DNA of 64,000 nt, taken from Acidobacteriota bacterium (GTDB lineage: Bacteria > Acidobacteriota > Thermoanaerobaculia > Gp7-AA8). Within the stretch, counting starts at the first letter, position 1. Each line of letters starts with the position of its first letter. A model generated the notes under the pieces. The model did no database searches, was not told the origin of the DNA, and was given only the letters and a program-made list of their open reading frames with translations. Shown here piece by piece: positions 35,318-43,798 of this stretch. The DNA is taken from NCBI GenBank assembly GCA_019244185.1, contig JAFATB010000014.1, positions 128,001 to 192,000 of the forward strand, given 5' to 3'. The position numbers and the translations under genes are program-made.

Positions 35318-36441
35318 CAGCCCCGCAGCCGCCTTCGCACGCGCAGGAGCAGTTGCACCGGCATGCGCAGCGCGCGCGCGTTCAACAGACGCACGCGCCA
35401 CGGACTCGCCGCGCGCGGCGCCTGCGCATACAGATGCGGCGTGACGTGCGCGAGCGACGCGCCGATCGCCGCGAGGTCGTCGCGCGGATCGACGTCGATC
35501 GGCGACGCGAGCAGCTCTTCGTAGAGCTCGATGTACTGCTGCGCGAGCAGGTCGACGCCCGCGCTCGCGCGGATGCGATCGGTGACCGGCGCGGCGTCCG
35601 CGGGATCGTACCGATCGAGCTCGGCGAGAACGCTCTCCACGGTCGTCGGCGTGTCGAGCAAACGATGTCCGAAGTTCAGCACGCGCATCGCGTCGAGCCG
35701 CTCCGTCGTGACCATGCCTCCGATGCCGCGCAGATCGGCGGCGACGACGGCGCAACCGCTGGCCATCGCCTCCAGCGCCGAGCGTCCTTTCGCGAAGACG
35801 ACGTCGTAGTCGCGCAGCACGTTCTCGGGAACGATGACGTTGCCGCTGGCGACGCCCGCGAGATCGACGGCGATGCCGCGGCGCGCACACGCATCGCGGA
35901 TCGGCGCGGCGAAGGTGTTCTCCGCGGCGCTGTTGCTGAAGACGAGCGCGCGGCGCGGCTTCTCGGGGAGCGGCCCGCGCCGCGGGAAGCGTTCGAGATC
36001 GACGGCGTTCGCGAAAATGCGGATGTCGCGCTCGGGAATGCCGTGCTCGAACATCATCCGATCGCGGCAGTTGCGGTCGACGGCGACGTATGCGCGCAGG
36101 CGCGGCCCGCGCGGCGGGATCGAGTGCCACGAGATCGCGTCGTGGCAGACGAACAGTGCGGGCACGCCCGGAAAACGCGCCATCGCGGCGATCGTCTCGA
36201 GGTGATGGTGGCCGTGGATGACGTCGGGTGCCGCGGCGAGATCGGCGACGTCGCTGACGACCGGCACGCTGGCGTTGCGCACGGAGCGGCGCAGCGCGCC
36301 GACGCGCGTCGCGTAGACGACCGGCTGCACGCCGCGGCGTTGCAGCGTGACGGCGAGATCGCGCGTGTAGAGGTCGGTGCCGCTTGGTGCGTCGAGCGCG
36401 GCCGTCGCGATGAGGATGCGACGCGGCTCAGGAGTGCTCAT
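35317..36441 (-). CDS. Glycosyltransferase, GT-B fold (family 4-like)
   Basis: PSGTDLYTRDLA, PDVIHGHH, NAVDLERF, GRSALEAMASG. Confidence 0.85.
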   Translation of the reverse strand: MSTPEPRRILIATAALDAPSGTDLYTRDLAVTLQRRGVQPVVYATRVGALRRSVRNASVPVVSDVADLAAAPDVIHGHHHLETIAAMARFPGVPALFVCHDAISWHSIPPRGPRLRAYVAVDRNCRDRMMFEHGIPERDIRIFANAVDLERFPRRGPLPEKPRRALVFSNSAAENTFAAPIRDACARRGIAVDLAGVASGNVIVPENVLRDYDVVFAKGRSALEAMASGCAVVAADLRGIGGMVTTERLDAMRVLNFGHRLLDTPTTVESVLAELDRYDPADAAPVTDRIRASAGVDLLAQQYIELYEELLASPIDVDPRDDLAAIGASLAHVTPHLYAQAPRAASPWRVRLLNARALRMPVQLLLRVRRRLRG

Positions 36442-36480
36442 GCCGCATGGCGCGATTCTAACAAACGTATGATTCCGCCC

Positions 36481-37455
36481 ATGCGCACCATCCGCCTCGG
36501 CCGCACGAACGCTCACGTCCCCGCCATCAGCCTCGGCACCTGGGGTCACGGCGGTCCGCGCGTCACCGACAGCGGCGCCTCCGTCGGCTGGAGCGGCCAC
36601 GACGACGCGCAGGCGCGCGAGGCGCTACTCGCCGCGCACCGCGCCGGCATCACGCACTGGGATACCGCGGATGCGTACGGCGACGGTCACGCCGAGGAGC
36701 TCATCGGCACGATGTGGAACGACGTGCCGCGCGACGAGATCTTCATCGCCACGAAGGTCGGCTACATCTTCGGTCCCGCGAACCGCGCCTACGAGCCGCG
36801 CTTCATGCGCGAACAAGCCGAACGCTCGCTGCAGAACATGCGCACCGACGTGCTTGATCTCTACTACTTCCATCATTCGGACTTCGGACCGAATGACGAA
36901 TGGCTCGATCCCGCGTTGGAGGTGATGCACCGCCTGCGCGACGAGGGGAAAGTGCGCTTCATCGGCCTCTCGGCCTGGAACGCGTCGCGCCTCATGCGCG
37001 TCATCGAGCGCATCGATCCCGACGTCGTGCAGCCGTACCGCAATCTCGTCGACGACGACTACGAGTCGAGCGGACTCAAAGCGTGGGTCGACGCGCACGA
37101 TCTCGGTGTCGCGTTTTTCTCGCCGCTGAAGCACGGCCTGCTCCTCGGCAAGTACGAGCATCCCGTGACGTTCGAGGAAGGCGACTTCCGCAGCACGGTC
37201 GGCGACTTCCGCGACGCGGATGCGATCGGGCGCTACCGCGCCGCCGCGGCCGCGATGCGCGAGCGTTTTGCCTCGCATCCCGAGCCCGTGCTGCACGCGG
37301 TCACCGGCGCGCTGCTGACCGGCAACCCGACCGCGTGCGTGCTCCTCGGCCAGCGCAATCCGCGACAGGTTGCCGCCGCCGCGTCGGTGGGCGAAGCGCT
37401 CAGCGCGGAGGACGCCGCGTGGGTGCGCGCGCAGTACAATTCGGGGCGTGGCTGA
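36481..37455 (+). CDS. Aldo/keto reductase
   Basis: SLGTW, WDTADAYGDG.AEELIG, IATKVG, LDLYYFH, GKVRFIGLS. Confidence 0.92.
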   Translation: MRTIRLGRTNAHVPAISLGTWGHGGPRVTDSGASVGWSGHDDAQAREALLAAHRAGITHWDTADAYGDGHAEELIGTMWNDVPRDEIFIATKVGYIFGPANRAYEPRFMREQAERSLQNMRTDVLDLYYFHHSDFGPNDEWLDPALEVMHRLRDEGKVRFIGLSAWNASRLMRVIERIDPDVVQPYRNLVDDDYESSGLKAWVDAHDLGVAFFSPLKHGLLLGKYEHPVTFEEGDFRSTVGDFRDADAIGRYRAAAAAMRERFASHPEPVLHAVTGALLTGNPTACVLLGQRNPRQVAAAASVGEALSAEDAAWVRAQYNSGRG

Positions 37456-37654
37456 GCGGCGGAACGTGACGGTGAAAAAGTACCGGCTGGGGGAAGAGCC
37501 GGAGTACGACGAGTTCATCATCTCGATGACGCACGGCGCGCGCATGGAGCTCGTTTGGGAGCTGACGAAGAACGCGTGGTCGTTCAAGGAGCCCGGCTGG
37601 AGTGAATCGAGACTTCGCCGAGATGTTGCGCGCGTTGTCCGAAGCGCGCGCTGA
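37448..37654 (+). CDS. Small hypothetical protein, probable partner (antitoxin-like) of the downstream nucleotidyltransferase
   Basis: 68-aa ORF overlapping both neighbours; MTHGARMELVWELT...RLRRDVARV. Confidence 0.6.
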   Translation: MAERRNVTVKKYRLGEEPEYDEFIISMTHGARMELVWELTKNAWSFKEPGWSESRLRRDVARVVRSAR

Positions 37655-38051
37655 CTTTCTCATCGTGGGTTCCTACGCGCGTGCCGCCTATGGCGAGCCG
37701 CGCGCGACGAAAGATCTCGACCTCTGCGTGCGAGCGACGCCGGACAATGCGCGACGCGTGTGGACAGCGCTGCTCGCATTCGGCGCGTCGCTCGCGGATT
37801 TGACGCTCGGCGATCTCGCAACGCCCGGCACGACCTTTCAACTCGGCGTCGCGCCGTACCGCATCGATCTCGTCACGAAGATCAGCGGCCTCACCTTCGA
37901 CGAAGCGTGGGCGAATCGCATCGAGGCGGATTTCTGGGGCATCCGCTGCGCGGTCATCGGCAAAGCGGACTACGTGAAGAACAAGCGTGCCGCAGGACGG
38001 CCACAGGATCTTGTCGACGCCGATCACGTCGAACGCAGCCCGATCGTCTAA
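37602..38051 (+). CDS. Minimal pol-beta-superfamily nucleotidyltransferase (DUF6036/AbiEii-like)
   Basis: LIVGSYA..AYGEPRATKDLD; RIDL; C-terminal KRAAGRPQDLVD. Confidence 0.8.
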   Translation: MNRDFAEMLRALSEARADFLIVGSYARAAYGEPRATKDLDLCVRATPDNARRVWTALLAFGASLADLTLGDLATPGTTFQLGVAPYRIDLVTKISGLTFDEAWANRIEADFWGIRCAVIGKADYVKNKRAAGRPQDLVDADHVERSPIV

Positions 38052-40456
38052 TACGCCGCCAGCCTCCGCGCCGCCCGCTCCACCTCTTCCTCGCTCGGCA
38101 GAAACACCTCTTCGAGCGGCGGCGAATACGGCACGGGCGTGTCGAGCGCGCCGATCACGACGACGGGCGCATCGAGGAACTCGAACGCTTCCTCCTGGAT
38201 GATCGCGGCGAGCGATTCGCCGATCGAGCCGGTGCGGGTGTCTTCGTGAATGATCAGGACGCGGCTGCAGTGGCGGGCGACGGCGAGCACGGACTCGCGA
38301 TCGAGCGGTGCGAGGCTGCGCAGGTCGAGCACCGCGCACTCGATGCCGTCCTTCGCGAGCGTCTCCGCCACGCGCATGGCGACGTGCACGTATGCGCCGT
38401 ACGAGATGATCGCGAGATCGTCGCCGGCGCGGCGCAGCGCGGCCTTGCCGATCGGCAGCGGCGCGGGCGGCTCGTCGGCGAGCGACTGCTTGACCTTCGG
38501 ATCGCGGTACAGCGCGATGTGCTCGTAGTAGAGCACCGGATCGGGATCGTTGACGGCGGCGAGCATGAGCGCGCGCGCGTCGTACGGCGTCGACGGCGTG
38601 ACGATCTTCAGTCCCGGCGTGCGGTAGAACCACGCCTCGGTATTCTGCGAATGGTACGGACCGGCGTGGCGCAGTCCGCCCCACGGCATCCGCAAGGTGA
38701 AGGGAATCTCTGCGCCCCAGCGGTAGCGCAGCTTCGCCGCGTTGTTGACGAGCTGATTGAATCCCGTCGCGACGAAGTCGTTGAACTGGATCTCGCCGAT
38801 CGGCCGCAGGCCGGCGAGCGCGGCACCGACGCAGACGCCGATCGTCGAGCCTTCCGACAACACGGAATTGAAGATGCGGTCGCCGAACTCTTTCAGCAGC
38901 GGACGCAGCAGGAGAAACGCGTTGCCGTACTTGCCGCCGACGTCTTCGCCGTAGACGAACACGCGCTCGTCCGCGCGCAACGCGTCGCCGACGCCGAGCA
39001 TCACCGCCTCGAGGAACGTCTTCCCTTTCGCGTCGAACGCCGGACCTTCATCGAGCGGCGGCAGCGCGAGGTTGCGCGACGTCTCCTGCCGCCACGTTTC
39101 GTCGAGCACGTCGATGCGCGCGCGGCGCGGCTCGTTCGCGAGCACGCCCGCACCCGCGTCCGCGGCCTCCGGCCACGGCGCGTCGATCACAGCGCGCGCC
39201 TCGGTCTCGACGAGCTCTTCGATCTCGCGCTTCCACTGTTCGACTTCGCCCGCGTCGACGAGACCGTCCGCCTCGAGCTTCGCCGCGTACGTGACGATCG
39301 GATCGCGGCCGCACCAGTACTCGTACGCCTCGCGGTCCGCGTAGCCCGCTTCGGTGAGCGGCGGATACGACCACGACGGCTGCGCGTCCTTGCCGAGGTA
39401 GAGCATGTCGTCGTGATGGGCATGGCCGCACATGCGCATCGCGATCAGCTCGATGAGCGTCACGCCGCGGCCGTCGCGCGCGCGTTCGGCGGCCCACGCA
39501 AACGCGGCCGCGATCGCGTCGGGATCGGTGCCGTCGATCGTGATCGCGGGCACGCCGTAGCCGATGCCTTTGTCGGCGAACGTGCGCACCGCGGAGTTCT
39601 CGCGCACGGGCGTCGACAGCGCGGTCTGATTGTTCTGGATGCAGAAGATCGCCGCGAGTTTGCGCGCGGCGGCGGCGTTGATGGCCTCGTGCCATTCGCC
39701 GAGGGACGTCGAGCCTTCGCCGATGAACGACACGGCGACGCGCGGCTCGTTGCGGAGGCGAAACGCCATGGCGACGCCGGCGATGGTCAGCGCGGGGCTG
39801 CCGAGCGGCGCCATCGCGGGGAGAATGCCGTGCGCCCAGTCGCCGACGTGAAGGTCCTTGCCGTTCATCGGCGGACCCGCTTTGGCCATCTGCGCGCTGA
39901 GCACCATGCGCACGGTCTCGGGCGCGTTGTGCATCGCGAGCACGGCGCCGAGGTCGCGGATCATCGGCGAGATGACATCGCCGGACGGCTCGCGGCGCAG
40001 GCGGATCGCGGCGGCGTAGATCGCTTCCTGTCCCAATGAGCGGAAACCTTTGCCCTGGAACGACGCGCTGCCCCAGCGCACATCGCCGCCGGTGAAGAAC
40101 TGCTTGAGGCGGTTGTCGGTGGCGCGGGTGAGGAGCATGCCGCGGAGGATCTCGCGCTTCTCGTCGCGCGTCAGCGACGCGGCGATCGCCTCGCGGCGGA
40201 GGAAGCCCTCGCAAGCGTCGATGAACGACTCGCGCGCGTGGCGCAGGCGTTCATCGGCGGTGACGCGCGGCGTCGGTTCGGGAAGCTCGCCGAGGGTGGC
40301 GGGAAGCGTGGCTTCGAGTGCATCGCGCAGCGCGGCGGCGTCGGGCGTGCCGCGTTCGGCGACGACGCGTTCGAGCGCCTGCATCGCCTGCGTCGCGGCG
40401 AACGGCTCGCGCTCGGCGACGAACGCTCCGAAGCGCGCGAGAAGGGTCGTGGTCAT
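38048..40456 (-). CDS. Fused E1 alpha/beta 2-oxoacid dehydrogenase (ThDP-dependent)
   Basis: GEGSTS...CIQNN ThDP motif; GEDVG, EIQFNDF, GPYHSQ, DLRSLAPLD. Confidence 0.92.
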   Translation of the reverse strand: MTTTLLARFGAFVAEREPFAATQAMQALERVVAERGTPDAAALRDALEATLPATLGELPEPTPRVTADERLRHARESFIDACEGFLRREAIAASLTRDEKREILRGMLLTRATDNRLKQFFTGGDVRWGSASFQGKGFRSLGQEAIYAAAIRLRREPSGDVISPMIRDLGAVLAMHNAPETVRMVLSAQMAKAGPPMNGKDLHVGDWAHGILPAMAPLGSPALTIAGVAMAFRLRNEPRVAVSFIGEGSTSLGEWHEAINAAAARKLAAIFCIQNNQTALSTPVRENSAVRTFADKGIGYGVPAITIDGTDPDAIAAAFAWAAERARDGRGVTLIELIAMRMCGHAHHDDMLYLGKDAQPSWSYPPLTEAGYADREAYEYWCGRDPIVTYAAKLEADGLVDAGEVEQWKREIEELVETEARAVIDAPWPEAADAGAGVLANEPRRARIDVLDETWRQETSRNLALPPLDEGPAFDAKGKTFLEAVMLGVGDALRADERVFVYGEDVGGKYGNAFLLLRPLLKEFGDRIFNSVLSEGSTIGVCVGAALAGLRPIGEIQFNDFVATGFNQLVNNAAKLRYRWGAEIPFTLRMPWGGLRHAGPYHSQNTEAWFYRTPGLKIVTPSTPYDARALMLAAVNDPDPVLYYEHIALYRDPKVKQSLADEPPAPLPIGKAALRRAGDDLAIISYGAYVHVAMRVAETLAKDGIECAVLDLRSLAPLDRESVLAVARHCSRVLIIHEDTRTGSIGESLAAIIQEEAFEFLDAPVVVIGALDTPVPYSPPLEEVFLPSEEEVERAARRLAAY

Positions 40457-40485
40457 CGCGCGGGATCGTAGCAGAGCGCCGCGGC

Positions 40486-42720
40486 CTAGTTGCGTCTCCA
40501 GAACACCACGTCTCCCTCCTCGAAGTCGGGATGGAAATGCGACTGGATGTACTGCCAGACGAGCGGCGCGCGTTCGGCGCTGGTGAGTCCGTCGACGGTG
40601 TGGCGTCCGACGACGTGTCCGGGCAGCAGCACGGCGCGCACACGCGGGTTCGTCTCGATGCAGCGGATGACTTCGCGTTGCCCGGCCTCGGTCTCGTAGA
40701 ACGCGACCTCGTATTCGCGGACCGGGCAGTCGCGGCGGAAGAGGTGATAGAGGAAGCCGCGGTTCGTGAAGTCGAAGAACGTCTCGTCCGGCGCGAGCGA
40801 GAGGCGGATGTACTTCGCCGTCGCTTCGACGACCTGCGCGTCGGAGAGATGCCACCACGCGCCGCGCGCTCGCGGCGGCTCGCGCAGCTCGATGAAGTTC
40901 GGCTCGACGGGACCGCGCGCGTGGCGCATCCAGCCGAGGACGCCGAGGTGCGTCGTGGGGCCGGCGAGCACGATCAGCGCCGCGATGGCGGGGAACGCGA
41001 GCGGATTGCGGCGCCGCAGGAGCCGCATCACGACGAAGACCGCGAAGAGCGACGCGATGAGGCTGAAGTAGAGATGATGCCGCTCGGCGTACGAGATCGC
41101 GACGAGCACGGTCCAGATCGAAATCACCAGCAGCGGCTCGTAGCGGCGCGACGGACGTCGCGCGAGCGCGACACCGACGAAGACGACGATGGCGCACCAG
41201 AAGAAGTAGTGAAACGACTCGCGGTCGAGCACGGCCGCGAGGACGTCGGGGAACGCGCGGTTCGCGGCCATGGCGGTTGGCGGAGTGAACAGCGTCAACG
41301 TGTAGGCGGAGCTGACGGCCGGGACTTCGACGAACGTCGCGCGGATGAAATCGCCGAGGATGCCGTACATCGCCAGACCGACGACGAGCGGCACGACGCC
41401 GATGGCGACGCCGATCGCGGCGTCACGCCACGCGCGGCGGTCGCGGAAGCGCAGCAGCGCGAACGCGAGCGTCACGAACGTGTAGAAGCCGAAGTCGATG
41501 CTCATCACGCCGCAGACGACCGTGCCGAGTCCCGCGGCGCGGAAGAGTCGCGGGCGACGGCGGCGCACGGCGGAGGCGAGCAGCACGAGCGTGATCAGCG
41601 GCGGCAGCAGCCGCACGTTCATCGTGTACGCGCCGGTCATGAAGCAGAGCATCACGCTGAGCAGCGCGCCTTCGGCGGAGCCGGTGATCGCGAGCGCGAG
41701 GAAGTAGAGCGCGACGCAGTTCAGATTGCCGAGGAAGAGGCGGATGCGGAGGCGCGTGCCGACGGTGGGATCGGCGGCCTTCATGATGAGGTAGTCGAGA
41801 CCGCCGTCCTGCAGCAGGCCGTGCGCGGGCAGGATGTCGCGGTACGGGCGCTCGCCGCGCGCGTACTCGGACGCGGGGAGCATCTCGTGCGAGTCCTCGA
41901 AGGAGTTGACACGCGACTTCCCTTCGGCGGTCGGCTGGCTCATCGCGTTCGCGTAGCAGTAGAGCGCGAGCGGATAGACGACGAGCACGATGGCGCGGCG
42001 CCACCAGCGCTTGTCTTTTTGGAGGACGCGCAGCACGAACGGCGTGACCGCGGCCAGCGCCAGCGCGTGCCAGCCGAAGTAGCGCTGGTCGCGCGCGAAG
42101 AAGCTCGTCTGCAGCAGAAGGCCGAGCGGCGCGAGCGCGAACGCGCAGGCGACCGGCAGCGGCGACGGCACGAGCGCGACGCCGACGCGCAGCGCGAAGA
42201 CGAGCAGCGCGGCGACGAGCACGGCGCGGTCGACGGAGAGATTCGGCGCGACGTCGATGATGCCGAGGAGCACGGGGAGGAAGACCGGCAGGAGGATGAA
42301 GTCCGTGCGCGTGAAGGCGAGCTCGCGGCGGCCGAGCGCGGCGCAAAGAGCGATCGCAATCGCGCAGGGGATCAGCGTCCACCAAATGCCCTGGCTGATC
42401 GTGGCGATCCAGAGCGTCACGAGCACCGACGCGGCGACGGCGTTCGTCGCCCATGCATGCGCGCGTACTAGCACGCGCGTCAGCGGACGCAGGAGCAGCG
42501 GCAAGAGCGCGGGCAGGAGCATGAGGCCGGCGACGAAGCGGAACGGTGCGTGCGCGTCGAAGCCGAGCTTCGTGGCCAGACCGGGGAGTTGTCCCGGCGG
42601 CGCGGGGCGCAGCCACACCGGCGCGAGCGCGATGGCGATGGCGAGGCCCCACAGCGCGAACGACGCGGAGACGATCCGCTCGCGCCGCGCCGCGCTCACG
42701 CTGTCCGTTCGGTGATCCAT
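40486..42720 (-). CDS. Multi-pass membrane protein, probable GT-C-fold glycosyltransferase
   Basis: Many TM helices; FEDSH...GERPYRDI..HG loop and C-terminal extracytoplasmic domain. Confidence 0.65.
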   Translation of the reverse strand: MDHRTDSVSAARRERIVSASFALWGLAIAIALAPVWLRPAPPGQLPGLATKLGFDAHAPFRFVAGLMLLPALLPLLLRPLTRVLVRAHAWATNAVAASVLVTLWIATISQGIWWTLIPCAIAIALCAALGRRELAFTRTDFILLPVFLPVLLGIIDVAPNLSVDRAVLVAALLVFALRVGVALVPSPLPVACAFALAPLGLLLQTSFFARDQRYFGWHALALAAVTPFVLRVLQKDKRWWRRAIVLVVYPLALYCYANAMSQPTAEGKSRVNSFEDSHEMLPASEYARGERPYRDILPAHGLLQDGGLDYLIMKAADPTVGTRLRIRLFLGNLNCVALYFLALAITGSAEGALLSVMLCFMTGAYTMNVRLLPPLITLVLLASAVRRRRPRLFRAAGLGTVVCGVMSIDFGFYTFVTLAFALLRFRDRRAWRDAAIGVAIGVVPLVVGLAMYGILGDFIRATFVEVPAVSSAYTLTLFTPPTAMAANRAFPDVLAAVLDRESFHYFFWCAIVVFVGVALARRPSRRYEPLLVISIWTVLVAISYAERHHLYFSLIASLFAVFVVMRLLRRRNPLAFPAIAALIVLAGPTTHLGVLGWMRHARGPVEPNFIELREPPRARGAWWHLSDAQVVEATAKYIRLSLAPDETFFDFTNRGFLYHLFRRDCPVREYEVAFYETEAGQREVIRCIETNPRVRAVLLPGHVVGRHTVDGLTSAERAPLVWQYIQSHFHPDFEEGDVVFWRRN

Positions 42721-43685
42721 CGCACGACCAACTCCTCCGCCCAATACTCGCACTTCCACGGCGCGCGTCCGCCGACGAATCCGACGTGGCCGCCGCACGG
42801 CGTGGTGCGGAAGTCGACGGCGGCCGACGCCGCGTGCCGCGCGCGCGGCAGGATCTCACGCGGCAGGAACGGATCGTCCTCCGCGTTCAGCGCGAGCACC
42901 GGCGTATCGATGCGATCGAGAAAATGAATCGAGCTCGAACGCGCGTAGTAGTCGTTCGCGTCGGCGAAGCCGTGCAGCGGCGCGGTGGCGATGTCGTCGA
43001 ATTCGACGAACGTCCGCGCGCGGCGCACCGCGTCGAGGTCGAGGAGCGGCATGATGTCGGCGCGCATCGCTTTCTTCCGCAGCGTCACGAGGAACTGCGC
43101 GAGATAGAGCCGGCCCGCGCGCGTTTTCTCCATGTGGCGCGCGCCCGCGCCGAGGTCGTAGGGCACGGAGAGCGTGGACGCGGCGGCGACGAGCAATTGG
43201 CCGGGATGTTCGCCGAGCCACTTGAGCACGACGTTGCCGCCGAGGGACGCGCCAAAGGCGGCGAAGCGCTGCGAGGGGTTGCGCGCGGCGAGCGTGCGCA
43301 GGACGAAATCGAAGTCGGCGGTGTCGCCGGAGTGGTAGTAGCGCGGGCGGCGATTGGGGATCGAGCGCGAGAGCTGCCGCGGATCGCGCGCGCACGAGCG
43401 GAAATTGATCGCGGTAGCGCGATGCCCGTGCCGCGCGATGACGGCGAGGATGCCCTGCATGTAGACGGAGTACGAGCTGCCCTCGAGACCGTGCATGAGG
43501 ATGAAGTGCAACGGATCCGGTGCAGTGACCGGCGCGTCGAGATGATCGACCAGCAGCTCGTCGCCGTCGGGCAGCGTGAGCGACTCGCGGCGAAAGCTCA
43601 CCAGCTTCCGCGGACGCGCGAGCCGGCCCCACACCGTTTGCAGGTGAGGGTGGGGGAGGAACCAGGCGGGAGAGAAATCGAACAT
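42696..43685 (-). CDS. YheT-like alpha/beta hydrolase
   Basis: HLQT, HGLEGSS, NFRSC, YHSGDT.D, GASLGG, AEDDPF, GGHVGF. Confidence 0.9.
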   Translation of the reverse strand: MFDFSPAWFLPHPHLQTVWGRLARPRKLVSFRRESLTLPDGDELLVDHLDAPVTAPDPLHFILMHGLEGSSYSVYMQGILAVIARHGHRATAINFRSCARDPRQLSRSIPNRRPRYYHSGDTADFDFVLRTLAARNPSQRFAAFGASLGGNVVLKWLGEHPGQLLVAAASTLSVPYDLGAGARHMEKTRAGRLYLAQFLVTLRKKAMRADIMPLLDLDAVRRARTFVEFDDIATAPLHGFADANDYYARSSSIHFLDRIDTPVLALNAEDDPFLPREILPRARHAASAAVDFRTTPCGGHVGFVGGRAPWKCEYWAEELVVRWITERTA

Positions 43686-43774
43686 GAATGAAGAATGCAG
43701 AACGCAGAATGAAGAACGTAGAAAGGAAGACTCCCTTTCTCAATTCTAAATTCTGCGTTCTGCGTTCTGCGTTC
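43686..43774. repeat. Inverted arrays of heptamer repeats forming a long imperfect palindrome
   Basis: GAATGAA GAATGCA GAACGCA GAATGAA GAACGTA GAA ... TTCTCAA TTCTAAA TTCTGCG TTCTGCG TTCTGCG TTC. Confidence 0.85.
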
Positions 43775-43798
43775 AGCTTTTGCAAGCAAAGATCGGCG

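Noticed and set aside
43688-43798. N-terminal extension MKNAERRMKNVERK... of the TonB receptor in the ORF track
   Set aside because: It is the translation of the heptamer repeat; the ATG at 43799 precedes the hydrophobic signal and TonB box
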